Shown here one piece after another: positions 1 through 13,275 of a DNA stretch of 64,000 nt; position 1 is the first letter of the stretch, and each line of letters opens with the position of its first letter. Source of the DNA: Callorhinchus milii (taxonomy: Eukaryota); the NCBI RefSeq assembly GCF_018977255.1, contig NW_024704743.1, forward strand, positions 80,974,001-81,038,000, read 5' to 3'. The position numbers and the translations under genes were made by a program. The notes beneath the pieces are model-generated. The model was not told where the DNA came from and did not search any database. It worked only from the letters and a program-made list of their open reading frames with translations.

Positions 1-859
1 GATTTTACAATTAATTCTTTCAGTCCTGGGTTGGGATGTCAAAATGATGTATACATAATCGAGCACAAATTAATGTATAATTATCGAGATATTACAATTA
101 ACATGAGAGCAGCCCAAAATGAGATTTCAGTCAACATGTGATGGTTGATGGCTCTGATGATTTAATTATTATAAAATGTTTTCAGACTTGTATTTGTAAA
201 ATATTATAAAAATAACCTAAATAACTACCAGTAACCCATTATTAGTAATCCAACCATAATACCTCTCTCCTAAGAACATTTTTATGTTGTTTACAAACTG
301 AATTTATAAATTAACAGAAAAATATTAGATTCCAAACATTAATTGTACAGTTTAGTTTATCATGGATTTGCTGTCCCATATAGGATTGGCGCTGTCGGTG
401 ACTCTTACAGACAGGTATTGGCCACAGCAAGAATTTTCCAAACTACCTTATATCTGGAATTCGAGTTACATCATTAAACTTTAATTATGCTGTTAGGATT
501 TTTCCTAAAGTGACTCATAGCAAACAATCTTTCTTCTTTCTTATAAAGTATTTATTACTGTTTAAAATATTTTCTTTCCGAATTTGCAGCCTCTTAGCTT
601 TTAATACTTGCTGTTAAAGCTCACAGTTTATTTGAGCGGAATTTAACCCTCTACCAACTCAATAAGTAAACAAATTGGGTTTTGATTGAAGTAGTGCAGT
701 AATTCTGCCTGAGTACTGAACATAGGATAAAATATGATTTTCCTCTGGTTAGCTAAATGCTGCCAGTGGTGCAGTAAACGTAACCCAAATTAATTGCCAA
801 GTGTCAACAGTGGAAGTTGTCATCTGATGGATGTTTTAATCTCTGGATGGACATGCCAC

Positions 860-1185
860 TCTCTGGCACCTTCCTACCTCTCCAACCTCCTCACTCCCCA
901 ATCAATCACCCAGTGCCTCTGCTCAACTGGTACCGGCCTCCTGCTCGTCCCTCGCACCTTCCATCCCACCATTGGAGGCCGCGCTTTCAGCCACTACACC
1001 CTGAAACTCTGGAACACTCTCCCTCAATCCCTCTGCCTTGTCCCCCCTCTCCCCTTTTTCAGATCCCTTCCTCTTCGACCGTGCTTATGGCCACCTTCCC
1101 CCCGGCCCCCCCACTGACTTGGAATGAGACTCTGCCACTTTTAAGCGCTCTGAGACACTGCCCTATATAAATCCAAGTTGTTGTT
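860..1185 (+). mobile_element. L2-clade LINE 3' fragment
   Basis: [27 protein letters not shown], typical of the L2 ORF2 C-terminus; ends in a (TTG)n-like tail. Confidence 0.8.
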
Positions 1186-4100
1186 GGAATGTTATTTACA
1201 CTGAGCTTACTCACCAAAATTCGGGTGAACTGTGTGTGCATCTCCAATGCAAACTAAACACAAGAGAAAAAGTTATCTTGCTCGGATTGTCTTGCTAGAC
1301 AAATCCTGTGGGGAATGGAGATAAACTGAATCAGTCGATAACTGAGACAACAACTAAAAATTCCATCTAATTTACTCTTGAACAGAATACGGATCTAAGC
1401 ATATGCATTTTTAACAAAAATGAAAAGTTTAAAATGTTGATACTTTCACAAATGATTGTGCACCTCATTTTTCGCTTTGACGTTACAATCAAAGCATACT
1501 TACAGCAGTCGTCTGACTATTGCACATCTTTGCTTGTACCTATGAGCCACTTCAAGGTACCTCTATTTCTAATGGACAATATCACTACACAGAAATATAT
1601 GCTATTATTGAGTTACTTACCTGCATGTTGTATAGTAGAATAATTGCAATTTTGTCAGTAGTAACCTGCAGATGTAAATATTATCAATGATAGAAGGCTG
1701 GGGAAAAGGCTAATTAGGAATCCATGGAATAAAGTCTGAGTTTCACAATTTCACAGCACCAATCTGATAGTTTTCTATCTACAGTCATCAGTTAGATTGG
1801 TTGTCTAGATTATCCCTGCATACTATTTAGACCGGTGGCAGATGCAACTGAAGACGTGTATTACAACAGGAACCCATTCAGTAATATTAAACAGCCTTCA
1901 TACATTTGTCCATTAATTTTACATTACAGCTCAAATGAATATTGTTACAATGATTTCTTTCAAAATCCATTTTTTTATATTTACATTATATTGCGACCCC
2001 ATTTAAAGGTGACTTTCATTGAAATATTTTATTTGTGGTTACTTTGTTGGTCTTGGTCATTCAAAAAGCAGATGTGTGACAGATAGATTTTTCATCTTCC
2101 ACAATCCATTGGTGAGTTGATCAGGATCAATTGGCTCTGGTTGTTTCCGTTGTTCAACTCTATCCCTCATGGTGTCATGACATCTGTTCTCAAATTGTGT
2201 TGCACGGTGCGTATTATTATATGACAGTTTATGCAGAATTTATTTTCCCCCAAAGAGTCAATGATAAACACCTTCAGATGTTCCTTTAAATAGACTTTGC
2301 ATCACGTCTAATATCTGCCTTGCTTTCCTTTTCTCTGTTAGCTCACAGTACCAGATCCATTTTGGCATTCTCCAATGTGACTATGTCCTGCTAATTGCAA
2401 ATGTGTTCTGATCAGCAAGTCTCATTGCCAATGACTAAACAAGCTTTGAATATATGGGAATTCAGTTTGAAAATATTTGGCAAGAATTTTACAAATGTAA
2501 ACATAGTGCTGGGACACACACTGTACAAATAATTTTTTCTCTCTTTTACTCTTTCATCATCTTTGCGTTAACAAGCATCCCGTCCTACTTCAGATATTCT
2601 GCAATCAACCTACAATGATGCCTTTGCTTATATTTCCAGCAGCACCCACCAATAACAATGTCTTATATACTAGGGTGATGGTTCAAAGCACTTTATAATG
2701 AGACCTTGAACATGGTGACAAGTGAGGTTAAAACATTTTTTGATCACCCACCTGGTTGAAAAGGTAGGCTAAAAATCTTGGTTGAAGGACAGAAGCGGGG
2801 TCTCATTGAAGCTGAGCTCCAAGGTGACATGCTTTGCAACAGAATGTCAGAATCGAATCAATCCTCTGTGGCAGAAGATTGACTCAATTCTATGGCAGAG
2901 GATTGATTTAGTTCCTTAGCCAGGCAGGTCCACAGTACTCCAGACAGTGATGTCAGATCAGCCAGCCGAGCTCATCAGCAGGACTGGTAGCAGGGATTCT
3001 TTCCACTCAGCTCTTGTTGACTCCACAAGCCAAAGCCCTAATGGGTAGGGTGGTCCTTGTTGGATAAGCAATGGGAAGCCTGACAGTGCTTTCAATGGCA
3101 AATTGAGGTTTTAGTTGGTTAAACTCCTACAGTACACTACCACACATGACACAGGTTGGTTTAAAATCTCTTAAGCATGGTGATGGATTTCTGCAGGTGT
3201 CAGACACTCCAGCGAGTACTACCATTGGTAGACAGAAGGGCATCTGAATGTCAGAATTAGCATCTTGAAATTGGAAATTAAGACATTTATTTGTTTTTTA
3301 AAGGTCTTCCTTTCCATAAAGGGGGAATTTCAATAGTATTTCTTAAATAATAAATGTTGTCTCTTACAAAGGATATACTTAGAATGTTGTAAGAACATTT
3401 ACAAACATCAAAATTATGTTTTCTAATAAACTTAAAAACACTAAAATCATTATTGATTTGCTTCAGTAAAAAATGCTCTGGCAGGAACAGCCTGTATAAG
3501 TCCATGATCATATCTCAAAGCTACTACCATTGCTGATTAATTCAGCAATTTTATTTTGGTGTTCTTAGGGACTTCACACTAAATTCAAGGTCCTTAACTA
3601 TTTCAGTAACAAATACTGTAATAATAAAATAAATCCTTGCATTTGATATAGCACCTTATCAGATGTCTCAAAGCTCTTCACAGAATATACTGTAAAGTAA
3701 ATTGACTATATTTTGTGGGCGAATCGCGGCAGCCAATTACGCACCGCAGTGTCCCACACATGCTCCGCAAGTTAACTATAATTTGGAAATGATTATCTCT
3801 GGGCAATTTTATCAATTGTTTCTCAAAGCTGTAAAACTCTGCATATAGTAAAGTTATAGGAGCAGATGGTCTCCAACAAGATTAACATTTCTGTAATTCT
3901 GTTAATGACTAAATAACCCCATATCCAGAAAGCCTCAGATACAATAGAAACTAGGAGGGGGGATTTTGATTGTTTTCCAGCATCAGTTAAAGAGGGTTAC
4001 TTGCTTTCAGTTTTACAGTTGATCTCCACACTAATTGGGCATGGTCTTATTGTGAGTGTGGAAACAGTGTGGATAATTCATCATCAAGCAAAATACAAAT

Positions 4101-5126
4101 TGGGTTTGGTGCTAGCCAAACTGCCACAGTGACAGATACCACATTGTGCCATTCCTTTCCTCTCTCGGTGACTTTCTTTTGACTCTTTCTCACACATTCT
4201 CTAAAACTGCACGGGACTTATAACAACTTGGCCAATGAACATTACCTCTCATGTGCCCCCTTCTCAGCAACCTTCCACACAACTACATTTATCCCACTTT
4301 TTCTTTTGCCAACATCACAGCTCCACTTCCCACACAAATGAGAAAAAGTGGACAGAAAGAATGCGGATATGTGGTATTCTATTTGGCATGTGGTAACCAC
4401 TTTCACTTTGTTATAATTAGGTATTGGATAAACAGGATGAGTGCCTCCAGGGAGAGAGTGCGCATTCCAACAATCTATCTCTGGGATTCCCATGTGTAGG
4501 TGGGATGCATGGAATTCTCAGTCAGGTTTGGATACTCTTAAGTATGGTGTTTCCGCATGTGTCAGACCAAAAAAAATTGTTATAATGTCAACACTCAAAC
4601 CTCTCCACCCACCTGAGGATCATAATCATTTGGTATTTTTCCCAATTGTACAATGTGGAATCAGGAATGCTCAACAAACTGCTTGAAATGGATTAATCTG
4701 GATTAATTTTTTATAATCAATGCTTGGAGATGAAACTTCGGGTGGCCTATTCATCCAACATCCTGTGCTAGCAGGAATTTGATCCCAATGAGAAATGATT
4801 TTGATAGATGTATATTCTAATGGTTTTCAAGAGCCAAAGAACATTTATGTGACATTATGTATTTCCCTGAGCAATCATTGGCAGACAAGGCTACTCGCTG
4901 TGCACAGTCCAACACAAACATCCTGGTAAGTTCTGATACAGTACAATGTGCTCCAGTTGTTTTGCCTGTCCCAGGAAATCATTTAACACTAATAATAAAT
5001 AATAACCCTTGCATTTGATATAGCTCTTGTGTCAAAGTGTGTCTCAAAGCTTTTGTAAAGTGCAGTTATTGGATAATTATAGGCAAATGCAGCAACCAAT
5101 TTGTGACCAGGAATGTCCCACATATA

Positions 5127-5369
5127 AAACATAAACAGAGAGAGCTGGGAAAACTCAGCAGGTCAGGCAGCATCTATGGAGAAAGGAAAGTGAGTCAACG
5201 TTTTGAGTCCACAACCCTTCATCATGACCTGTTCTTACGAAGGGTCGTGGACCCAAAACGTTGACTCACTTTCCTTTCTCCATAGATGCTGCCTAACCTG
5301 TTGAGTTTTCCCAGCTCTCTCTGTTTTTGTTTCAGATTTCCAGCATCTGCAGTATTTTGTGTTTTGTTC
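5127..5369 (+). mobile_element. Penelope-like element terminal-repeat remnant in inverted arrangement, with 14-bp TSD
   Basis: 88-bp inverted arms 5133-5220 and 5239-5326 plus a 3' extension; TSD ATGTCCCACA(T/C)ATA at 5113-5126 and 5370-5383. Confidence 0.7.
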
Positions 5370-5814
5370 ATGTCCCACACATAGTTGTGAATGACCCATT
5401 TCATTTGGAAGATGTTGGCCAAGACACAGAGAGAAACTCCTTTCTCTTTTTGAATAGTGCCATGGAATCTTTAACATCTTTTCTGAAGGATAGCACGTCT
5501 GACATTGCAACACTCCCCATGGACTGCACTCTGAGTCTGGGCAACAGCTGTTGGAAGGCGTTAGCTGGAGTCCCAGTTTTTGAACATGCGCTTATAAGAA
5601 AAAGATGGATTTTCACATGAAGGAGAGAGTAATAGAAGGGTATTGGAGAGAGTAAGGAATGAGTGCAGACTTGTGTGGCATATAAACACCGGCACAGACT
5701 GGTTGGGGCGAGTGGCCTGTTTCCATCTTGTATGTTCTTTGTGAAATGTTTTCCACAACACAGTTATTGGGGTAAACAACATTCTTGACATCAGCCTTAA
5801 TATCTACATCCTTG

Positions 5815-6803
5815 GTGACATCATCCGCAGACATGGGGTCAACTTGTATGCGGATGACACCCAACTCTATCTTTCTGCCTCCACCCTCAACTCCAGGACC
5901 ACTGCTGTCCTGACAGACTGCCTGTTGGACATCAAGTCCTGGATGAGGGCAAATTTCCTTCAGTTGAATGTGAACAAGACTGAGGCCCTCCTGATTGACT
6001 CGCGCCAGCGCTTTAGCACCTCAGGCTCCGGCAACATCAACCTCCATGGTTGCACACTACAGCTCACCAAGCCAGTCAGGAACCGAGGTGTCTTGTTCGA
6101 CTCTCAACTGTCTTTTCTTCCCCACATTCAAGCCATGACCCGCTCTGCCTTCCCTCACCTCTGTAACATCACCCGACTCCGCCACTACCTTACCCCTCAG
6201 GCCGCTGAAACTCTTGTTCATGCCTTCATCACCTCCAGGCTCGACTATGCAAACGCCCTGCTTGTCAGCCTTCCCAACTCCTCCCTCCACAGGCTGCAGA
6301 TAATCCAGAACTCTGCAGCCCGTGTCCTCTCCCGCACCAAACTCCGTGACTCCATCTCCCCCATTCTCGCCCGACTCCATTGGCTCCCTATCCTGCAGAG
6401 GATCCAGTTCAAACTCCTGGTCCTCACATACAAAGCCCTCCATGGCCTCTCCCCACCCTATGTCTGCGATCTCCTAACCCCCTACCAACCTGCCCGTTCC
6501 CTCCGCTCAGCCGGCTCTGGCCTGCTCCACAAAACCCACCCGCCCCACCATTGGCAGGAGAGCCTTCAGCCACTCTGGAACTCCATCCCCCAATCACTCC
6601 GCCTCGCCCCCTCCTTAGCCTCCTTCAAGTCCCACCTCAAAACCCTTCTCTTCGACCATGTCATTGGTCACACCCCTTCCCCTCCCTTCTCCCCCCTGAC
6701 CCCAGCTCGGGTCTGAAATGCTGTACACTGTCTAGCGCCTTGGGACGTCCTCCCGACGTGAACGGCGCTATACAAATGTAATCTTGTTGTTGTTGTTGTT
6801 GTT
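5815..6803 (+). mobile_element. L2-clade LINE, 5'-truncated, from RT motif YADD to 3' tail
   Basis: ORF 5844-6716 with YADDTQLY, LQLNVNKTE, LVHAFITSRLDY, LHWLPI; tail GCGCCTTGGGACGTCC..GGCGCTATACAAATG(TTG)n. Confidence 0.93.
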
Positions 6804-7114
6804 TTATTTGAGACCTGGAATAAAATACATGGTCGAAAAAGATGCAAGATAAGGTCAATAATATAATAATTCATTTGTGGATATATTAATATAGCCAGGT
6901 TCATACAACAGACTTATACTAGGTCCATGCACCAAAATTGTTTTTCACAAGTCAAGAGGGTGTTAAGCAAGGCTAAAGCCGGTATAAATTTTAAAAATAT
7001 AGTCACTACACTTTACAGTAAATCCTGCAATACGTTATGAGATGGTTTACCTTCGTGGAAGGAGCTACATCAAATGCAAATTATTGAATTACATAACAAG
7101 ATGTGCACCCACCC

Positions 7115-7218
7115 CACACACACATCCAGACAGACACACACATAGACACACACACAAGCACAGACACACAGACAGACAGACAGACACACACACACACACA
7201 CAGACAGACACACACACA
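7115..7218. repeat. (CA)n/(CAGA)n microsatellite
   Basis: Directly visible. Confidence 0.9.
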
Positions 7219-7319
7219 GGGTTGCCCAGAACGCTGCCACCCCCATCTTCCTGGTCTCTGTCACACTAGAGGAGTCCCTGTCGCCCTCAGGGCCACAGTG
7301 AGCAGATCACTGCCTGCCT

Positions 7320-10300
7320 GCCTGCCTCACTCACTCACTCACTCCCTGTCTCACTGTCCCACTCACTATCTCACTCACTCAATCTCTCTCTCAATCGCTG
7401 TCTCACTGACTCACTGTCTCCACTCACTGTCTCACTCTCTCACTCACTGTCTCAATCACTGTCTCATTCTCTCACTCACTGTCTCACTCTCTCACTCACT
7501 GTCTCACTCACTCACTGTCTCACACACTCACTGTCTCACTGTCTCACTCACTGTCTCTCTCTCTCACTCACTGTCTCACTCACTGTCTCTCTCTCTCACT
7601 CACTGTCTTACTTACTCACTCTCTCACTCACTCACTCACTCACTCAATCACTCACTGCCTCACTCAGTCACTCACTGTCTTACTCACTCTCTCTCTCTCA
7701 CTCACTGTCACTCACTCACTCAATCACTCACTGTCTCACTCAATCACTTACTCACTTACTCTCTCACTCACTCACTCAATCACTCACTCACTCAATCACT
7801 CACTGTCTCACTCACTCAATCACTCACTGCCTCACTCACTCACTGCCTCACTCCCTGTCTCACTGTCTTACTCACTCACTCTCTCACTCACTCACTCACT
7901 CAATCACTCACTGTCTCACTCAGTCACTCACTGTCTTACTCACTCTCTCTCTCACTCACTGTCACTCACTCAATCACTCACTGTCTCACTCAATCACTTA
8001 CTCACTTACTCACTCACTCACTCATTCACTCACTGTCTCACGCACTTACTCATTGTCTCACTCACTGTCTCTCTCTCACTCACTCACTGTCTCACTCACT
8101 GTCTCACTCTCTCATTCACTCACTGATTCATTCATTCACTCACTCACTCTCACTCACTGTCTCTCACTCACTCACTCACTCACTCACTCACTCACTCACT
8201 CACTCACTGTCTCACTCTCTCTCATTCACTCACTGATTCATTCACTCACTCACTCACACTCACTCACTCACTCACTCTCATTCACTTACTCACTCACTGT
8301 CTCACTCATTCACTCACTCACTGTCTCACTCACTCACTCATTCACTCACTCACTGTCTCATGAACTCACTCATTGTCTCACTCACTGTCTCTCTCTCTCA
8401 CTCACTGTCTCTCTCTCTCACTCACTCACTCATTCACTGTCTCACTCCCTGTCTCACTCTCTCTCATTCACTCATTCACTCACTGTCTCACTCACTCACT
8501 CACTCACTCAATCACTCACTGATTCATTCACTCACTCTCTCACTCTCTCTCAATCACTCACTGTCTCACTCTCACTCACTCTCTCTCATTCACTCACTCA
8601 CTCTCACTGTCTCTCTCTCACTCACTCACTCTCATTCACTCACTCACTCACTCACTCACTGTCTCACTCACTCACTCATTCACTCACTCATTCACTCACT
8701 CACTGTCTCACTCACTCACTGTCTCACTCACTCACTGTCTCACACACTCACTCATTGTCTCACTCACTGTCTCTTTCTCTCACTCACTCACTCACTCACT
8801 CACTCATGCACTGTCTCACTCACTGTCTCTCTCTCTCACTCACTGTCTCACTCACTGTCTCTCTCTCTCACTCACTGTCTTACTTACTCACTCTCTCACT
8901 CACTCACTCACTCAATCACTCACTGCCTCACTCAGTCACTCACTGTCTTACTCACTCTCTCTCTCTCACTCACTGTCACTCACTCACTCAATCACTCACT
9001 GTCTCACTCAATCACTTACTCACTTACTCTCTCACTCACTCACTCAATCACTCACTCACTCAATCACTCACTGTCTCACTCACTCAATCACTCACTGCCT
9101 CACTCACTCACTGCCTCACTCCCTGTCTCACGGTCTTACTCACTCACTCTCTCACTCACTCACTCACTCAATCACTCACTGTCTCACTCACTCAATCACT
9201 CACTGCCTCACTCACTCACTGCCTCACTCCCTGTCTCACTGTCTTACTCACTCACTCTCTCACTCACTCACTCAATCACTCACTGTCTCACTCAGTCACT
9301 CACTGTCTTACTCACTCTCTCTCTCACTCACTGTCACTCACTCAATCACTCACTGTCTCACTCAATCACTTACTCACTTACTCACTCACTCACTCATTCA
9401 CTCACTGTCTCACGCACTTACTCATTGTCTCACTCACTGTCTCTCTCTCACTCACTCACTGTCTCACTCACTGTCTCACTCTCTCATTCACTCACTGATT
9501 CATTCATTCACTCACTCACTCTCACTCACTGTCTCTCACTCACTCACTCACTCACTCACTGTCTCACTCTCTCTCATTCACTCACTGATTCATTCACTCA
9601 CTCACTCTCACTCACTCACTCACTCACTCTCATTCACTTACTCACTCACTGTCTCACTCATTCACTCACTCACTGTCTCACTCACTCACTCATTCACTCA
9701 CTCACTGTCTCATGAACTCACTCATTGTCTCTCTCTCTCACTCACTCACTCATTCACTGTCTCACTCCCTGTCTCACTCTCTCTCATTCACTCATTCACT
9801 CACTGTCTCACTCACTCACTCACTCAATCACTCACTGATTCATTCACTCACTCTCTCACTCTCTCTCAATCACTCACTGTCTCACTCTCACTCACTCACT
9901 CTCTCTCATTCACTCACTCACTCTCACTGTCTCTCTCTCACTCACTCACTCATTCACTCACTCATTCACTCACTCACTGTCTCACTCACTCACTGTCTCA
10001 CTCACTCACTGTCTCACACACTCACTCATTGTCTCACTCACTGTCTCTTTCTCTCACTCACTCACTCACTCACTCACTCACTCACTCATGCACTGTCTCA
10101 CTCACTGTCTCACTCTCTCATTCACTCATTCACTCACTGTCTCACTCACTCACTCAATCAATCACTCACTGTCTCACTCACTGTCATTCTCACTCACTCA
10201 CTCACTCCCACTCACTCACTCTCACTCACTGTCTCTCTCTCACTCACTCTCACTCACTGTCTCTCTCTCACTCACTCACTCACTCTCACTCACTGTCTCT

Positions 10301-12285
10301 CTCTCACTCACTCACTCTCACTCACTGTCTCTCTCTCTCTCACTCACTCACTCACTGTCTCACACACTCACTCATTGTCTCACTCACTGTCTCTTTCTCT
10401 CACTCACTCACTCATTCACTGTCTCACTCACTGTCTCACTCTCTCATTCACTCATTCACTCACTGTCTCACTCACTCACTCACTCAATCAATCACTCACT
10501 GTCTCACTCTCTCTCAATCACTCACTGTCTCACTCACTGTCTCACTCTCACTCACTCACTCACTCTCACTCACTGTCTCTCTCTCACTCACTCACTCTCA
10601 CTCACTGTCTCTCTCTCACTCACTCACTCACTCTCACTCACTGTCTCTCTCTCTCACTCACTCTCTCTCACTCACTGTCTCTCTCTCACTCACTCACTCA
10701 CTCACTCTCACTCACTGTCTCTCTCTCACTCACTCACTCTCACTCACTGTCTCTCTCTCACTCACTCACTCTCACTCACTGTCTCTCTCTCACTCACTCA
10801 CTCTCACTCACTCTCTCTCATTCACTCATTCACTCACTGTCTCACTCACTCACTCACTCACTCAATCACTCACTGATTCATTCACTCACTCTCTCACTCT
10901 CTCTCAATCACTCACTGTCTCACTCTCACTCACTCACTCTCTCTCATTCACTCACTCACTCTCACTGTCTCTCTCACTCACTCACTCTCATTCACTCACT
11001 CACTCACTCACTCACTGTCTCACTCACTCACTCACTCATTCACTCACTCATTCACTCACTCACTGTCTCACTCACTCACTGTCTCACTCACTCACTGTCT
11101 CACACACTCACTCATTGTCTCACTCACTGTCTCTTTCTCTCACTCACTCACTCACTCACTCATGCACTGTCTCACTCACTGTCTCACTCTCTCATTCACT
11201 CATTCACTCACTGTCTCACTCACTCACTCAATCAATCACTCACTGTCTCACTCACTGTCATTCTCACTCACTCACTCACTCCCACTCACTCACTCTCACT
11301 CACTGTCTCTCTCTCACTCACTCTCACTCACTGTCTCTCTCTCACTCACTCACTCACTCTCACTCACTGTCTCTCTCTCACTCACTCACTCTCACTCACT
11401 GTCTCTCTCTCTCTCACTCACTCACTCACTCACTCACTGTCTCACACACTCACTCATTGTCTCACTCACTGTCTCTTTCTCTCACTCACTCACTCATTCA
11501 CTGTCTCACTCACTGTCTCACTCTCTCATTCACTCATTCACTCACTGTCTCACTCACTCACTCACTCAATCAATCACTCACTGTCTCACTCTCTCTCAAT
11601 CACTCACTGTCTCACTCACTGTCTCACTCTCACTCACTCACTCACTCTCACTCACTGTCTCTCTCTCACTCACTCACTCTCACTCACTGTCTCTCTCTCA
11701 CTCACTCACTCACTCTCACTCACTGTCTCTCTCTCTCACTCACTCACTCTCACTCACTGTCTCTCTCTCACTCACTCACTCACTCACTCTCACTCACTGT
11801 CTCTCTCTCACTCACTCACTCTCACTCACTGTCTCTCTCTCACTCACTCACTCACTCACTCTCACTCACTGTCTCTCTCTCACTCACTCACTCTCACTCA
11901 CTGTCTCTCACTCACTCACTCACTGTCTCACACACTCACTCATTGTCTCACTCACTATCTCTTTCTCTCACTCACTCACTCACTCACTCATTCACTGTCT
12001 CACTCACTGTCTCACTCTCTCATTCACTCATTCACTCACTGTCTCACTCATTCACTCACTCACTCACTCAATCAATCAATCACTGTCTCACTCTCTCTCA
12101 ATCACTCACTGTCTCACTCACTCTCTCACTCACTCTCACTCACTGTCTCTCTCTCACTCTCTCACTCACTCACTCTCACTCACTGTCTCTCTCTCACTCA
12201 CTCACTCTCACTCACTGTCTCTCTCTCACTCACTCACTCACTGTCTCTTCCTCTCATCCACTCACTGTCCCACTCACTGACAGAC
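7320..12285. repeat. ~5 kb compound tandem array based on (TCAC)n with TGTC, TCAA, TCAT and (TC)n variants
   Basis: Directly visible; contains higher-order duplicated blocks. Confidence 0.98.
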
Positions 12286-12319
12286 CAGGCTATGGTGGGG
12301 GGGGGGGGGGTGTGGGTGA

Positions 12320-12370
12320 ACAGCCAATAAGCGCCGCACAGGAGCGGAGCAGTGGCTTTATAAACTGCTG
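12320..12370 (+). promoter_or_regulatory. Putative CCN3 core promoter: CCAAT box (~12324) and TATA-like TTTATAAA (12357-12364), preceded by a G-run
   Basis: AGCCAATAAG about 33 bp before CTTTATAAAC, in the only unique CpG-containing stretch between the tandem arrays, ~1 kb upstream of the ATG. The TSS (~12390) is inferred from spacing. Confidence 0.6.
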
Positions 12371-12396
12371 CAGTGACAGCTCCACAGTGTGTGATA

Positions 12397-12978
12397 CAAC
12401 AGCCACAGACAACAGCCACAGACAACAGCCACAGACAACAGCCAGACAGCCACAGAGAACAGACAGACAGCCACAGAGAACAGACAGACAGCCACAGAGA
12501 ACAGACACAGACAACAGCCACAGAGAACAGCCACAGACAACAGACAGACAGCCACAGAGAACAGACAGCCACAGAGAACAGACAGACACAGAGAACAGAC
12601 ACAGACAACAGCCACAGAGCCACAGACAGACAGCCACAGACAACAGCCACAGACAGCCACAGAGAACAGCCACAGAGCCACAGACAACAGCCACAGACAA
12701 CAGCCACAGAGCCACAGACAGACAGCCACAGACAACAGCCACAGAGCCACAGACAGACAGCCACAGACAACAGCCACAGAGCCACAGACAGACAGCCACA
12801 GACAACAGCCAGACAGCCACAGACAACAGCCACAGAGCCACAGACAGACAGCCACAGACAACAGCCAGACAGCCACAGAGAACAGCCACAGAGCCACAGA
12901 CAACAGCCACAGAGCCACAGACAACCACCACAGAGCCAGAGACAACAGCCAGACAGCCACAGACAACAGACAGACACT
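12397..12978. repeat. Compound minisatellite (ACAGCC/ACAGACA/ACAGAGA units)
   Basis: Directly visible; almost T-free on +. Confidence 0.95.
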
Positions 12979-13275
12979 GTCAGTGAGAGAGAGAGAGAGA
13001 GAAAGAAAACAGTCAGTGAGAGAGAAACAGAGAAGTCAGTGAGAGAGAAAGAAGTCAGTGAGAGAGAGAGAAAGAGAGAAAGAAGGCAGTCAGTGAGAGA
13101 GAGAGAGAGAGAGAAGTCAGTGAGAGAAAGAAAGCAGTCAGTGAGAGAGAGAGAGAGAGAGAGAGTGAGCAGTCAGTAAGAGAGAAAGAGAGAGAAGTCA
13201 GCAAGAGAGAGAGAGAGAGAAAGAAAGAAAGCAGTCAGTGAGAGAGAGAGAGAGAGAGAGAGCAGTCAGTCAGTC
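12979..13275. repeat. (GA)n polypurine tract punctuated by CAGTCAGTGA
   Basis: Directly visible. Confidence 0.95.

Noticed and set aside
1..2800. MAL2 last exon or 3' UTR expected from human synteny
   Set aside because: No MAL2-like coding sequence recognised; AT-rich sequence alone is not evidence.
5844..6716. 290-aa RT-like ORF as a functional gene
   Set aside because: 5'-truncated L2 ORF2 that starts at YADD and lacks the endonuclease and most of the RT; internal deletion or frameshift near the end.
7103..13179. Very long His/Ser/Leu/Thr-rich and Gln/Thr/Asp-rich ORFs (up to 985 aa)
   Set aside because: Artefacts of stop-poor (TCAC)n and CAGA repeats; open in all three frames.
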